Assembly (NCBI GenBank): GCA_963662595.1
Contig: OY759748.1
Coordinates: 2,835,186-2,899,185, forward strand
Direction: 5' to 3'
Length of the DNA stretch: 64,000 nucleotides
DNA from: an uncultured Desulfobacter sp.
GTDB lineage: Bacteria > Desulfobacterota > Desulfobacteria > Desulfobacterales > Desulfobacteraceae
Of this stretch, positions 40,093-51,443 are shown in pieces; within the stretch, counting starts at the first letter, position 1, and each line of letters opens with the position of its first letter. The translations under genes were made by a program, and so were the position numbers. Below the pieces are notes generated by a model, which saw only the letters and a program-made list of their open reading frames with translations, was not told the origin of the DNA and did no database searches.

Positions 40093-42330
40093 TTAATATT
40101 TTTCAAACTCATCGTCCAACGCATCGTCTCCCATGTCCAGAACAACACCGCGAACCTGGCCCTGTGTCTCCTGTCTGTTGGTAATGGACGTGGTTGTCGG
40201 GTCATCGCTTTCCCGCCTCGTGTTTGTCCAGCCGGTTTGGGATATGGCTTTTTCCTGTTGGTGTCGTCTGGTGTTGAATCGTTCAAGTTTGAAGTAGGCG
40301 ATCGCCTGTTGGAGCTGTTCTGCTTGGGCGGAGAGTTCTTCTGCGGTTGAGGACATCTCTTCGGAGGAACTGGCATTTTGCTGGATAATCTGGTCCAGTT
40401 GCTGCAAGGCAGTATTTATCTGGTCAGCGCCTGTGCTTTGTTCCGCAGATGCCGCATTGATCTCTTGGACCAATTCCGAGGTTTTGCGGATATCCGGAAC
40501 GATTTTGTTGAGCATTTCACCTGCATTCTCTGCAATTTCAACGCTTAAAGTGGACAGATTACTGATTTCACTGGCTGCCGCCTGGCTGCGTTCGGCAAGC
40601 TTTCTGACCGCATCGGCAACCACCGCAAATCCCTTGCCGTGGTCCCCGGCCCGGGCAGCTTCAATGGCGGCATTCAAGGCCAGCATGTTGGTCTGTCTTG
40701 CAATTTCTTCAATGATAAGAATTTTATCTGCGATCTCCCGCATGGCCAGAACAGTCTGGGCCACAGCCTGGCCGCCTTCCTCAGCGTCTTCGGCCGCCTG
40801 GACAGCTAACCGTTCCGTATGCTGGGCGTTGTCAGCGTTCTGTCGGATATTGCCGGACATTTGTTCCATGGCCGCCGATGCCTCTTCGGCAGATGCCGCC
40901 TGTTCCGTGGCGCCCTGGGACATCTGTTCTGATGTGGCGCTGAGTTCTTGGCTGCCGGCGGCCACATTGCTTACAGCACTTTGGACTTCATCGACAATAT
41001 CAGATAACGATATGACCATATGTTTCATCGCTTTTTGAAGTTGTCCGATTTCATCATCACTATTGGACTCGATATTCAGGTTCAGATCGCCCTGGGCAAG
41101 TTTGTTGGCCACATCAATACCCGCAGAAAGGGGCCGTTCAATATATTTTCTGGCAATGGATCTAACCCAGAAAAAAGCCGTAAGAATTAATATAAAAATG
41201 GTTGTGGTCGTAAAGATGATCTGCTTTGAGATCATATAATTGAGTTGTTGTCTTTTCTCCGCTACTTTATTCTGGATTTCGTCAGTAAAGACGCCGGTGA
41301 CGATGATCCAGTTCCAGGGTTTGAAATATCTGAAATATGCGCTTTTGGGTTTATCTGTTTTTGATCCGATTTTGGGCCAGCTGTAATTGATGTGGCCTTG
41401 ACCTTCTGATTTGGCCGTCTCAATAATTTCTTTGAATATGAATCTGCCCGCGGCATCTTTTTTGTCCAAAAAGTTCTTGCCGATGGTTTCCGGGTCTAAG
41501 TGGGCCAGGATATTGGCCTGGGTATCCATGATGTAAAAATAATCGTTGTTCCCGTATTTCATATCGGAAACAATGCTCAGGGCGACATTTTGAGCATCGG
41601 GTTCAGTTTTATCAACGTAGACACCTGTACCGATGATCCAGTTCCATGGCTTGAAGTAGCGCACATAGGACAGTTTTCTTATCCACTTGCCCGTATCGTC
41701 CGGTGACGGCCATTCGTAGCTGACAAATCCTTCCCCTGATTTTTCGCATAAATTTGCCATTTCCACAAACATGGGAACATTGGTTCCTTCGGCCATGATG
41801 ACCTTCCCGTTTTTGGTAAATTGTGAGATGTCTTTGTCATTTAAATCCGGTACCGTCGGATGCATCACCATTGTGGGATATGTGTCATTGATCCAGAAAT
41901 AGTTGCTGCTGTCATAGCGCAATGCTTCGATTTGGGCCGCAATGTTTTTCTGGGCTGTTTTCATGAGCTGGTCCTGGTTGCGGCTGTTATCGGCAGATGC
42001 CTCCTTGGCTTGTGTATATGCCCTGTTGATCAGGGTATAAGGTGCTGCCACAAGATTTTTCAGGTCTGCACCATATCTTTTTTTAATCCCTTCAATACTG
42101 ACGGCATGGCTGTGTACCGTTGCAACCATGGTATAAACCGAATCCACCAAATCTTTTAGCTTTTGTTCGGTTTCAGCGTTCAGCTCCTGTTCAAAGTTCG
42201 AGATGTTTTCGTGGACCTGGTGGATTGAGCTGTAAAGGGCATAGCCCCCGACAACGGTCACGGAAATAAGAATGGATAGAATAACAATGACGATGATTTT
42301 CATCTTGATTTTAAGGTTTTTAAAACTCAT
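40093..42330 (-). CDS. Methyl-accepting chemotaxis protein with two Cache_2-type domains
   Basis: 2 TM segments; two YFWI/YFYI...PWNWII repeats; HAMP; [20 protein letters not shown]; C-terminal EFEKY pentapeptide. Confidence 0.95.
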   Translation of the reverse strand: MSFKNLKIKMKIIVIVILSILISVTVVGGYALYSSIHQVHENISNFEQELNAETEQKLKDLVDSVYTMVATVHSHAVSIEGIKKRYGADLKNLVAAPYTLINRAYTQAKEASADNSRNQDQLMKTAQKNIAAQIEALRYDSSNYFWINDTYPTMVMHPTVPDLNDKDISQFTKNGKVIMAEGTNVPMFVEMANLCEKSGEGFVSYEWPSPDDTGKWIRKLSYVRYFKPWNWIIGTGVYVDKTEPDAQNVALSIVSDMKYGNNDYFYIMDTQANILAHLDPETIGKNFLDKKDAAGRFIFKEIIETAKSEGQGHINYSWPKIGSKTDKPKSAYFRYFKPWNWIIVTGVFTDEIQNKVAEKRQQLNYMISKQIIFTTTTIFILILTAFFWVRSIARKYIERPLSAGIDVANKLAQGDLNLNIESNSDDEIGQLQKAMKHMVISLSDIVDEVQSAVSNVAAGSQELSATSEQMSQGATEQAASAEEASAAMEQMSGNIRQNADNAQHTERLAVQAAEDAEEGGQAVAQTVLAMREIADKILIIEEIARQTNMLALNAAIEAARAGDHGKGFAVVADAVRKLAERSQAAASEISNLSTLSVEIAENAGEMLNKIVPDIRKTSELVQEINAASAEQSTGADQINTALQQLDQIIQQNASSSEEMSSTAEELSAQAEQLQQAIAYFKLERFNTRRHQQEKAISQTGWTNTRRESDDPTTTSITNRQETQGQVRGVVLDMGDDALDDEFEKY

Positions 42331-42825
42331 CCCAACCCCCTTGCTGGAGATATTATGCTGACAGTTAAAAGTGTGCAGTGCGAAGTGGTTCTAAAAAGAT
42401 GCGAAGTTTGTTCCACAAAACAAAAAATAAATTTTCGTACGGATAACGTTTTTTCGTAACGGTCTGTACCGGCGGCGTTACCAAGATCCATTATATGATA
42501 TCGTTAATATTCTCAAAAAGTATATCTGTATGGCGGTTTTGTTGTCAACATAAAATCAGGTGGTTAGGATTATAATGGAAATTGTTTTACGATGGTGTTA
42601 TAGATGATGTTATAAGACTTTTTTTCCCGCCGGGTTAAATGAATGATTCACGATTTAAATGGAATGAAATTGCAAGGCGGCGTACAAAATGGGGGTCTGA
42701 AATAAAATTCGTCATTGATTCAAATGTTCCCGGTGAAATCCCCATAATTCCATGGAATTTTTTGACATAAAATTTTGATTAACGTATATTTTTCAACATA
42801 GCAGTGAATCAGATAAGGAGCACAC

Positions 42826-43140
42826 ATGGTTTCCACGAATCCGGGTGATGACGGCAACCTGGTGATGAAAATTGAGGGATCTTTATCCGCGTACGACGTG
42901 GGAGAACTCAAAGATCGTTTGTTGACAAACATTTCAAATTATCAAGAAATTGTTTTGGATATTAGTGACGTCACCGAATTTGATACCCTGGGAATTCAGC
43001 TTATTTTATCGGCCGGCAAGACCGCTGAAAAATTAAAAAAAATATTTAAGATTACAGGTGACCCCCAGCCGATTCAGGATGCAATAATCGGAATGGGGCT
43101 GGAAGCAGAAGACTTTACCTGTTTCTCCAAGGAGGCTTAA
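42826..43140 (+). CDS. STAS domain protein
   Basis: LDISDVTEFDTLGIQLI; first gene of the che operon. Confidence 0.88.
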   Translation: MVSTNPGDDGNLVMKIEGSLSAYDVGELKDRLLTNISNYQEIVLDISDVTEFDTLGIQLILSAGKTAEKLKKIFKITGDPQPIQDAIIGMGLEAEDFTCFSKEA

Positions 43141-43143
43141 GGA

Positions 43144-43509
43144 ATGGCAAAGGTCATTATGACGGTGGATGACTCAACGAGTATAAGACAGATGGTCTCT
43201 TTTACGTTAAATCAGGTCGGATATGAGGTGATTGAAGCTGTGGATGGGCAGGATGCGGCAGATAAAATGGTAGGCATGGACATAGATATGCTGTTAACCG
43301 ACTTGAATATGCCTAAAAAAAATGGATTGGACCTGATTGAATGGGTCCGTTCCATACCCAAATTCAAGTTTATCCCCATCATTATGCTTACAACCGAATC
43401 CGATACGGAAATGAAGCAGAAAGGAAAGGCCGCCGGTGCCACCGGATGGATCGTAAAACCGTTTAAACCCGAGCAGTTACTTGCCGTAGTAAAAAAAGTT
43501 CTTCGTTAG
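43144..43509 (+). CDS. cheY: Chemotaxis response regulator
   Basis: VDDS, TDLNMP, LTTES, KPF. Confidence 0.93.
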   Translation: MAKVIMTVDDSTSIRQMVSFTLNQVGYEVIEAVDGQDAADKMVGMDIDMLLTDLNMPKKNGLDLIEWVRSIPKFKFIPIIMLTTESDTEMKQKGKAAGATGWIVKPFKPEQLLAVVKKVLR

Positions 43510-43568
43510 TTCAACGTTCTTTAAGAATACAATTTTTGTCTTGAAATGTATATCAGAGGAAACATCCT

Positions 43569-45659
43569 ATGAAGGAGTCCAACGCATTCACGCAGGAGTT
43601 CTGCAGCGAAGCCGAAGAGCTTCTTGCCGGTGTTGAAGATGCGGTTCTGGATATGGAAGAAAATCCCGGGGACCCGGAAGCGGTCAATCGCTTGTTCCGC
43701 TCCATGCACACGATCAAGGGGTCCGGGGCCATGTTCGGGTTTGATGCCATTTCTGAGTTCACACATCATGTTGAAACGGTTCTGGATAACGTTCGAAACG
43801 GAACGGTTCCCGTTTCCAAAACACTCATTGATCTAATCCTGGTTTCACGAGACCGCATTACGGCCATGCTTGCCGAAGCGACCGGTGACGGCCCGGCAAC
43901 AGATCCGGAACAGGGCGAAGAGATCATTGCATCCCTTAAGCGCCTGCTTGGTGACGATGACACCGAATCAACAGATAAAGAATTGTCCAACGACGCAGCC
44001 GAAGATACCTCGGCACCGGATGAGCCGCAAAACGAAGTCATTTATCGCATACGGTTTTCACCTGCTGTTGATATATTTTCCACCGGTATGGATCCGGCCA
44101 TGCTTCTCTATGATCTTGCTGATATGGGGCCGTGCAGCATTGTGGCCCAGACGGAAAAGGTGCCTGACCTGGAAAACCTCTCTCCCGAATCCTGCTATCT
44201 TTACTGGGATATTATTTTAACCACTGACAAGGGCATCAATGCCGTCAAGGATGTTTTCATATTTGTGGAGGACAACTGCGAAATCGTCATTGAAACTGTT
44301 GAAGAGAAGTTAATTTCAGCCGAGGAGGTTTCGGCGCCGCGACTGGGTGATATTCTCGTGGAGCGGGGGGATATCGATAGAACCATTGTGGACGAGCAGT
44401 TCGATTCCCAAAAAAAAATAGGGGAACGGCTGGTTGAATCCGGCGCAATTTCCAAGGAAAAAGTCAAATCTGCATTAACCGAACAAACGGTTGTATCCAA
44501 AATGCATAAATCCTCTGCCGCCTCAACCGTACGTGTGCCGTCAGACCGGTTAGATAAGTTGATCAACCTGGTGGGTGAACTTGTGATCAGCCAGGCCCGG
44601 TTGACCCAGGTATCCGCACACAGAAATGACAGTGAACTGGTTGAGTCTGTGGAGGAAATTGAGCGCCTGACCGGTGAGCTTCGGGACAGCGTGCTCAATA
44701 TCAGGATGATGCCCATTGGTACGATATTCAATAAATTCCGCCGGCTGGTGCGGGATCTCTCCTCCCAGCTCAACAAAAAGGTTGAGCTGGTGACCAGAGG
44801 GGCTGAAACAGAACTTGATAAAACCGTTCTGGAACGGCTTGATGAGCCTTTGGTTCATTTAATCCGCAACAGCCTTGACCATGGCATTGAATCCCCTGAG
44901 GTCAGAGAACAACATGGAAAATCCCAAAAAGGAACCATTGTTCTGTCCGCCACCCACAAGGGCACCAACGTGGTGATTACGATCCAGGACGACGGGGGCG
45001 GGCTCAATGTCGAGTCCATCCGGCAAAAGGCCGTGGACAGGGGACTGATTCCTGGAAATGCAGAGTTATCCAATAAAAAGATATTCTCCCTGATTTTTTT
45101 ACCCGGATTTTCCACAGTCAGTGAAGTCACCAGTGTCTCCGGTCGCGGTGTGGGGATGGATGTGGTCAAAAAAACCATTGAATCCCTAAGGGGACGCCTT
45201 GATATTGACAGTGTTCCCGGTGAGGGAACCAAAATCACCCTTATTCTTCCTTTAACCCTTGCGATTATTAATGGTCTGCTTGTCCGCATTGAGGAGGATT
45301 TTTTTGTATTGCCTTTGATGTCCGTTAAAGAATGCGTTGAGATCAAAAGTAAGGAAATCGAAAAGATTAACGGCAGGAACATCCTGAATGTTCGGGGGGA
45401 TATGGTGCCCTATATTCGCCTCCGGGATCGGTTTCACATGGGGACGCATCGTCCTGAGACCGAGCATGTGGTGATCACCGATGTCAATAACAGTCGTATC
45501 GGTTTTGTTGTGGACCATGTCATCGGTGGGCATCAAACCGTAATAAAGCCCTTGGGGCCGGCCTTTAAAAACGTTAAAAATATCTCCGGGGCCACCATTT
45601 TAGGGGATGGCACCGTGGCATTGATTTTAGATACCAATGTTCTTCTGGAAAGTGCATAG
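43569..45659 (+). CDS. cheA: Chemotaxis histidine kinase
   Basis: FRSMHTIKG, HLIRNSLDHGIE, DDGGG, SGRGVGMDVV, C-terminal CheW-like domain. Confidence 0.96.
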   Translation: MKESNAFTQEFCSEAEELLAGVEDAVLDMEENPGDPEAVNRLFRSMHTIKGSGAMFGFDAISEFTHHVETVLDNVRNGTVPVSKTLIDLILVSRDRITAMLAEATGDGPATDPEQGEEIIASLKRLLGDDDTESTDKELSNDAAEDTSAPDEPQNEVIYRIRFSPAVDIFSTGMDPAMLLYDLADMGPCSIVAQTEKVPDLENLSPESCYLYWDIILTTDKGINAVKDVFIFVEDNCEIVIETVEEKLISAEEVSAPRLGDILVERGDIDRTIVDEQFDSQKKIGERLVESGAISKEKVKSALTEQTVVSKMHKSSAASTVRVPSDRLDKLINLVGELVISQARLTQVSAHRNDSELVESVEEIERLTGELRDSVLNIRMMPIGTIFNKFRRLVRDLSSQLNKKVELVTRGAETELDKTVLERLDEPLVHLIRNSLDHGIESPEVREQHGKSQKGTIVLSATHKGTNVVITIQDDGGGLNVESIRQKAVDRGLIPGNAELSNKKIFSLIFLPGFSTVSEVTSVSGRGVGMDVVKKTIESLRGRLDIDSVPGEGTKITLILPLTLAIINGLLVRIEEDFFVLPLMSVKECVEIKSKEIEKINGRNILNVRGDMVPYIRLRDRFHMGTHRPETEHVVITDVNNSRIGFVVDHVIGGHQTVIKPLGPAFKNVKNISGATILGDGTVALILDTNVLLESA

Positions 45660-45686
45660 CATGTTAATCATATGGTAGGAGGCACA

Positions 45687-46226
45687 ATGAGTGTAAAGGA
45701 CATCACCCAGACAAGCCAGTACCTGACATTTAGACTGGATAATGAAAGTTATGCCATGGATATCACCACAGTGCGTGAGGTGCTTGACATAATCCAGATC
45801 ACTAAAGTGCCCCAGATGCCGGACTTCATGTGCGGGGTCATCAACCTGAGAGGACGGGTGGTGCCCATTGTGGATCTCAGACTTAAGTTCGGTCTGGCAG
45901 AGCCAACACCGTTAAAAAACGCATGTATTGTCATTGTTGAGGTTCATCTTGACGGCGAACAGACGATACTGGGTATTCTGGTGGATGCCGTTCAGGAAGT
46001 GATCAGTTTTGAGCCCGATCAGATTGATCCGCCCCCCAGGATCGGTACACGGCTCAAGACCGAATTCATAAAAGGCATGGGCAAAAAAGATGAGGAATTT
46101 ATAATCATTCTTGAAACGGGCAAGGTTTTTTCTGCCCAAGAGCTTGCCGTTGTCCAGGCAACGGATGATATGCCCATAGGTGAAACACATGAGGGTGATG
46201 GGACCGGGGGCGATGACGATGGTTAG
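45687..46226 (+). CDS. cheW: Chemotaxis coupling protein
   Basis: YLTF and GVINLRGRVVPIVDLR; AGGAGG RBS. Confidence 0.95.
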   Translation: MSVKDITQTSQYLTFRLDNESYAMDITTVREVLDIIQITKVPQMPDFMCGVINLRGRVVPIVDLRLKFGLAEPTPLKNACIVIVEVHLDGEQTILGILVDAVQEVISFEPDQIDPPPRIGTRLKTEFIKGMGKKDEEFIIILETGKVFSAQELAVVQATDDMPIGETHEGDGTGGDDDG

Positions 46227-46266
46227 ATGCAATGGGGTGCTGCCGGCGCCTTTGAAGGGGTAGGCC

Positions 46267-47130
46267 ATGAGTTTATTGCCTCAACCCATCCTTAACATGG
46301 CTGACTTCAGGCGATTGGGCGACTATATCCATACGGAATTGGGCATCAAAATGCCCGATGCAAAGCGTGGCATGGTTGAGGGACGTTTGCGTAAACGCTT
46401 AAATGCACTGAATATCTCTTCCTATGAAGAATATTGTGCTTACCTGTTCAGTCCCCACGGCCAAAAAAATGAGCTGCCCTTTTTTATCAATCAGATTACA
46501 ACCAATAAAACCGATTTTTTCAGGGAATCCAGGCAATTTGTTTTTCTATCGCAAAAAGCATTGCCGAAAATCGTTTCTTCAATTTCCCCAGGCGGTACCA
46601 GAAAAATAAACGTATGGAGTGCGGCCTGTTCCCGGGGACATGAGCCGTATACCCTGGCCATGGTATTGGCTGAATATGCAGAACAGCACCACAATGTGGA
46701 TTTTTGCATCCTTGGCACAGATATTTCCACAGAGGTGCTGCATGTTGCTCAAAAAGCAGTATACGCCCATGATGAGATTGAACCGGTTGCCATGGCCCTG
46801 AGGAAAAAATATTTTCTGCGCAGCAAGGACCGAAGTAAAAATTTGGTTCGAATTGTGCCCCAGCTTCGAAGCAAGGTGAAATTGCTTCGTTTGAATTTGA
46901 TGAGTAAAAGCTATGCCGGCATTGAGAAAATGGACATTATTTTTTGCAGGAATGTCATGATCTATTTTGAAAAAAAAACCCAGTATCAGATCCTGCAGAG
47001 GCTGTTAACTCACTTAAGGCCGGGGGGCTTTCTTTTCATGGGGCATTCGGAAGTGATTCAGCATGCGCAGTTTCCTTTAAAATCAATTGAAACCACGATC
47101 TATCAGAAAGATGGTAACGGCAAAGGATAA
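46267..47130 (+). CDS. cheR: Chemotaxis methyltransferase
   Basis: TTNKTDFFRE, WSAACSRGHEPY, IFCRNVMIYF. Confidence 0.95.
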   Translation: MSLLPQPILNMADFRRLGDYIHTELGIKMPDAKRGMVEGRLRKRLNALNISSYEEYCAYLFSPHGQKNELPFFINQITTNKTDFFRESRQFVFLSQKALPKIVSSISPGGTRKINVWSAACSRGHEPYTLAMVLAEYAEQHHNVDFCILGTDISTEVLHVAQKAVYAHDEIEPVAMALRKKYFLRSKDRSKNLVRIVPQLRSKVKLLRLNLMSKSYAGIEKMDIIFCRNVMIYFEKKTQYQILQRLLTHLRPGGFLFMGHSEVIQHAQFPLKSIETTIYQKDGNGKG

Positions 47131-47142
47131 AAGAATACAAAA

Positions 47143-48219
47143 ATGAACATCGGGAAAAAAATTAGAGTACTGATTGTGGATGACTCCGCCCTGGTTCGAA
47201 ACGCTTTATCCGAGGTGCTGACCTGTGATCCGGATATTGAGATTATGGCCATGGCCCAGGATCCGATCATTGCCGCCGCCAAGATGCGTAATGAAGTGCC
47301 GGATGTCATTATTCTGGATGTTGAAATGCCGCGTATGGATGGGATCACCTTTTTGAAACGCATTATGTCCCAGCATCCCATTCCTGTGATCATCTGTTCC
47401 AGCCTGGTGAGCCAGGGGGGCCAGATCGCATTGTCCGCCCTGGACAACGGTGCGGTGGAAGTGATTGAAAAGCCCAACCTGGGAACCAAAAAATTTTTTG
47501 AGGAATCAAAAATCAAAATTTGTGATGCGGTAAAGGCCGCCGCCATGGTCAAGGTGGGTAAACATGTCAAGTCCCTTAACGTTTCTCCGAAATTGACCGC
47601 CGATGCCATGTTACCAGATCCGGCCGGCAAGACCGTGAACGAAACCACCGAAACCGTTATTGCAGTGGGTGCCTCAACCGGCGGGACAGAAGCGTTGCGA
47701 ATTCTTTTTGAACGCTTGCCCCCGGATACTCCAGGAATGGTTGTGGTCCAGCATATGCCCGCCAATTTTACCAAGGCCTTTGCCGAGCGGATGGATAAAA
47801 TCTGCCTTGTGTCTGTCAAGGAGGCCGAAAATAACGATACGGTTTTACGGGGCCAGGTATTGATCGCCCCGGGAAATTATCACATGCTGCTCCAGCGAAG
47901 CGGTTCCAGGTATTATGTTGAGGTGCGCGAAGGCCCCCTGGTGTCCCGCCACAGGCCCTCTGTGGATGTTCTGTTTCGTTCTGCTGCCAGATATGCCGGA
48001 AAAAATGCTCTGGGTGTCATCATGACCGGGATGGGGGATGATGGTGCCAAGGGTATGTTGGAACTAAAACAGGCCGGGGCCTATACCATTGCACAGGATG
48101 AAGCGTCCTGTGTGGTGTTCGGCATGCCCAAAGAGGCCATAAAACTGAATGCCGTAGACAGCATTCTTCCTTTGGATGAAATTGCAGATGCCATACTCAA
48201 AAAGAGCCGGACCATTTGA
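47143..48219 (+). CDS. cheB: Chemotaxis methylesterase
   Basis: REC domain; [18 protein letters not shown]. Confidence 0.96.
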   Translation: MNIGKKIRVLIVDDSALVRNALSEVLTCDPDIEIMAMAQDPIIAAAKMRNEVPDVIILDVEMPRMDGITFLKRIMSQHPIPVIICSSLVSQGGQIALSALDNGAVEVIEKPNLGTKKFFEESKIKICDAVKAAAMVKVGKHVKSLNVSPKLTADAMLPDPAGKTVNETTETVIAVGASTGGTEALRILFERLPPDTPGMVVVQHMPANFTKAFAERMDKICLVSVKEAENNDTVLRGQVLIAPGNYHMLLQRSGSRYYVEVREGPLVSRHRPSVDVLFRSAARYAGKNALGVIMTGMGDDGAKGMLELKQAGAYTIAQDEASCVVFGMPKEAIKLNAVDSILPLDEIADAILKKSRTI

Positions 48220-48772
48220 CCGGAGGGTAAATCAGGTCTCCATTGGTATTGGAGAATATTTTGTCAGCAGCCAGGATATCGTGATTCATACGGTGCTTGG
48301 CTCATGTGTGGCGGTGTGTCTGTATGATCCGGACAGCAAAATCGGCGGGATGAATCATATTCTTATGCCGTTTAATCCGGACATTAATAAATACGATGCC
48401 TCTGCCCGCTATGGGATTAATGCCATGGAGTTGTTAATTAACGCCATTATGCGGCTGGGTGGAAACCGAAAAAGGCTGGTTGCAAAGACCTTCGGCGGGG
48501 CCAATATGCTGATGTCCCTGGACCAGGAGACTGCGGTTGGGGCAAAGAATGTAGAATTTGTCGTTAATTTTCTTCGCAGTGAAAACATTAAGATTCTGAG
48601 TCGTGATTTTGGCGGACATGATTCACGTAAAATATTTTTTCAAATTGCCACGGGTGAAGTCTTTTTAAAGCGTGTGCCATCCATGAAAGCCCTTGCGGCG
48701 GCAGAACAAGCCAAACGCAACCGAATCCGGGAGCAGTTGGATGACCCCGGAGATATCACTCTGTTTGATTAA
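48176..48772 (+). CDS. cheD: Chemoreceptor glutamine deamidase
   Basis: [18 protein letters not shown]; start approximate. Confidence 0.92.
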   Translation: MKLQMPYSKRAGPFDRRVNQVSIGIGEYFVSSQDIVIHTVLGSCVAVCLYDPDSKIGGMNHILMPFNPDINKYDASARYGINAMELLINAIMRLGGNRKRLVAKTFGGANMLMSLDQETAVGAKNVEFVVNFLRSENIKILSRDFGGHDSRKIFFQIATGEVFLKRVPSMKALAAAEQAKRNRIREQLDDPGDITLFD

Positions 48773-50826
48773 GGGCTAATCCACTTTTTTATTATTTCCA
48801 AAAGATCTTCCATCATGAAGGGTTTGGTCAAGAAATCGTCCATGCCGGCTTTTTGGCATTTTTCACGATCTTCGGACATGGCATGGGCGGTGATGGCAAT
48901 GATCGGGGTGTGGATGCCGATCGTTCCTTCGTATTTCCTTATTTCCCGGCAGGCCTGATAACCGTCCATTTTGGGCATCTGGCAATCCATGAGAATGATG
49001 TCCGGTTTCAATGAAGTGAATTTATCAATGGCCTCAACGCCCGTGCTTGCAATATCCACCCGGCATCCAAATTTTTTAAGCATTGTTGAAAATACGTCCT
49101 GGTTGGTGATGTTGTCTTCGGCCACCAGAACATGAATATCGATCTTATCTGTCTTGGGGGGCTGGTTTGCAGGCGCTTCGTCAATTTTTTGTTTTGCCTT
49201 TTTTAACGGCACCACAAAAGAAAATGTGCTGCCCTGGCCCGGTTTGCTGGTGCATTTGATGTTACCCCCCATAAGTGAAACCAGGTCCGACGAAATGGCA
49301 AGGCCAAGTCCGGTGCCCCCGTATTTGCGCGTAAAAGAGGCGTCAGCCTGGGAAAAGGGTAAAAACAGATGTTTTTGCTTTTCAGGCGGAATACCGATGC
49401 CGGTGTCTTTGATGGAAATGGTCAGGTCTATTCGGGATTCCTGGTCATCGTCATTATAAACGCCTTTGTTTTCCATGGGGCCGGTGGACACCATCATGGT
49501 TACCCCGCCTGTTTCCGTAAATTTGATGGCATTTCCCACAAGATTCATTAGAATCTGCTTGATCCGGGTGGGATCGCCCAATAGAAAACGATCTGTCCCC
49601 TTTGCGATATCAACGATTAAATCCAGATTTTTATCTCTGGCGGCAGGCGTGAGAAGTGATTCAATATCCGCGACCAGGCTGCCGACGTCAAAGGTAATGG
49701 ATTCAATTTCAAGTTTACCCGCTTCAATTTTGGAAAAATCTAAAATATCGCTGATGATTGATAACAGGATCTGGGATGATTTTTGAATGTTGATTGCAAA
49801 CGTCTTTTGTTCACTGGAAAGTTCGGACGAAAGCAGTATTTCGGTCATGCCGATAATGCCGTTCATGGGGGTTCTGATTTCGTGACTCATATTGGCAAGG
49901 AACTGGGATTTTATCTGGCTGGCCTCTTCTGCTTTTTTCTGGGCCTTTTCCAGATGAATGACTGTTGATTCAAGCGCTTCCTTGGCCCGGGTCAAATCCC
50001 GGGTTCTTTGTTCGACTCTGGATTCAAGGCTTGCACTGTATGAATTGAGCCTGTCGTCCCTGGCCTGGATCTCTTCAATCATCTGGTTAAATTGTTCCAC
50101 AAGCACACCAAACTCATCGTCACTGTATTTTTTAACCCTGATCCGATAATCTTTTTTCCGGGTCACCTGCCCCATGGAATCAATGACATCAAACAGCGGC
50201 CGGGTAAAGATGGATTGCAGTTTTGAAGATAGAATCAAGACCACCGCCAATGTGATCAATCCAATGCACGCAACAATCAGATAATAGGCAGACATTCTTT
50301 TTTTCAATTGCTGCATATCATCAATGAGATGAACGGCCCCTAAAAATTTGTCTTCAAAATTGACCGGAAGTACCACATGGGTGTGGCCGTTTACAACGCC
50401 GCTGAGTTTTTTGGGCGCGGTTATTGCCATTTCAATTGGAGAAAAACCCGGATTGCAGAGCTGTTTGACTTCTTGGGCCAACGTGTCGATGGAAACGGCA
50501 TCCCTTGAGAAATGCGCGTAAATTTCCCCATGGGTATCGTACAAAATGGCACCGACAATGCCTTGTTTTGCAGACAGGGCACTTAGATCTTCCAATGCCG
50601 ACTTTCGGTCATTGAACATCATGGCAACCGAAGAGTTCAATGCAATCAGGTCTGCAATGGAGGCAAGTTCATTTACCAGGTTTTTTCTGGCTGTATGGGT
50701 TTCGTAGGTCACCATGGCGCCTGCCATCATGGCCAGGGCAAAAAATGCAGTAGTGCCAAGGGTCAGGATCAGTTTGGTCCTGATGGAAACGACATTAGGT
50801 TTTAATTTTTTTTGGGATTTCATCAT
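48769..50826 (-). CDS. Hybrid sensor kinase (periplasmic CHASE8-like, HAMP, HisKA, HATPase, REC)
   Basis: 2 TM segments; [33 protein letters not shown]. Confidence 0.92.
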   Translation of the reverse strand: MMKSQKKLKPNVVSIRTKLILTLGTTAFFALAMMAGAMVTYETHTARKNLVNELASIADLIALNSSVAMMFNDRKSALEDLSALSAKQGIVGAILYDTHGEIYAHFSRDAVSIDTLAQEVKQLCNPGFSPIEMAITAPKKLSGVVNGHTHVVLPVNFEDKFLGAVHLIDDMQQLKKRMSAYYLIVACIGLITLAVVLILSSKLQSIFTRPLFDVIDSMGQVTRKKDYRIRVKKYSDDEFGVLVEQFNQMIEEIQARDDRLNSYSASLESRVEQRTRDLTRAKEALESTVIHLEKAQKKAEEASQIKSQFLANMSHEIRTPMNGIIGMTEILLSSELSSEQKTFAINIQKSSQILLSIISDILDFSKIEAGKLEIESITFDVGSLVADIESLLTPAARDKNLDLIVDIAKGTDRFLLGDPTRIKQILMNLVGNAIKFTETGGVTMMVSTGPMENKGVYNDDDQESRIDLTISIKDTGIGIPPEKQKHLFLPFSQADASFTRKYGGTGLGLAISSDLVSLMGGNIKCTSKPGQGSTFSFVVPLKKAKQKIDEAPANQPPKTDKIDIHVLVAEDNITNQDVFSTMLKKFGCRVDIASTGVEAIDKFTSLKPDIILMDCQMPKMDGYQACREIRKYEGTIGIHTPIIAITAHAMSEDREKCQKAGMDDFLTKPFMMEDLLEIIKKWISP

Positions 50827-51407
50827 TTTTCATTTACAATAACAGCCAATTTAAGCAGTCGGGAACTGAATTTGAGCTGGTGCGCCTGGGCTTTTTTAAT
50901 GTTGATTTCAAAATGAAGATGATCGTCTCTTGTGAAAAACTGGATAATGCCTCCGGCCCGGCTGAAGCTTTTGATTTCACCAATGGTGAGAATCGGTCTG
51001 TCTCCGGTATTTTTTAAAATCCGCAAGACCTGTTCCAAGCTCGTATGTCTGCTGATGAATACGATCTGGCTTTCTGCCAGTGTTGTTTTTAAATCGTTGG
51101 ATTCAGGGTTCGGATACCGGATGGAGATAACGCGGCCGGTACTGATTTTGCCGTCAATGGTGCTAAAGCTTTCTTTGAGCTGTTCATTGCCGAAGACAGC
51201 AATGTTAAATTTTTCCCCATCCCTGTCAAATGCCGCTTCAGGCCATTGAATCAGCTTGGTGAAATTATACACAAATGCCGCTTTGACACGATATTCTTCA
51301 AGGTTTTGTGACAAAACTGTTTTTGGCGTAATCATGCATAATAAAAATTGGCAGATGCAGGCAAGCAGCATAGGTTTTATTATTTTATGCATTGGCGGTT
51401 GCATCAA
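50823..51407 (-). CDS. YfiR (DUF4154) family periplasmic protein
   Basis: [32 protein letters not shown]. Confidence 0.9.
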   Translation of the reverse strand: MMQPPMHKIIKPMLLACICQFLLCMITPKTVLSQNLEEYRVKAAFVYNFTKLIQWPEAAFDRDGEKFNIAVFGNEQLKESFSTIDGKISTGRVISIRYPNPESNDLKTTLAESQIVFISRHTSLEQVLRILKNTGDRPILTIGEIKSFSRAGGIIQFFTRDDHLHFEINIKKAQAHQLKFSSRLLKLAVIVNEK

Positions 51408-51443
51408 GCTTAGTTTAATTCCATAACAGAAAACAGCATTTCG

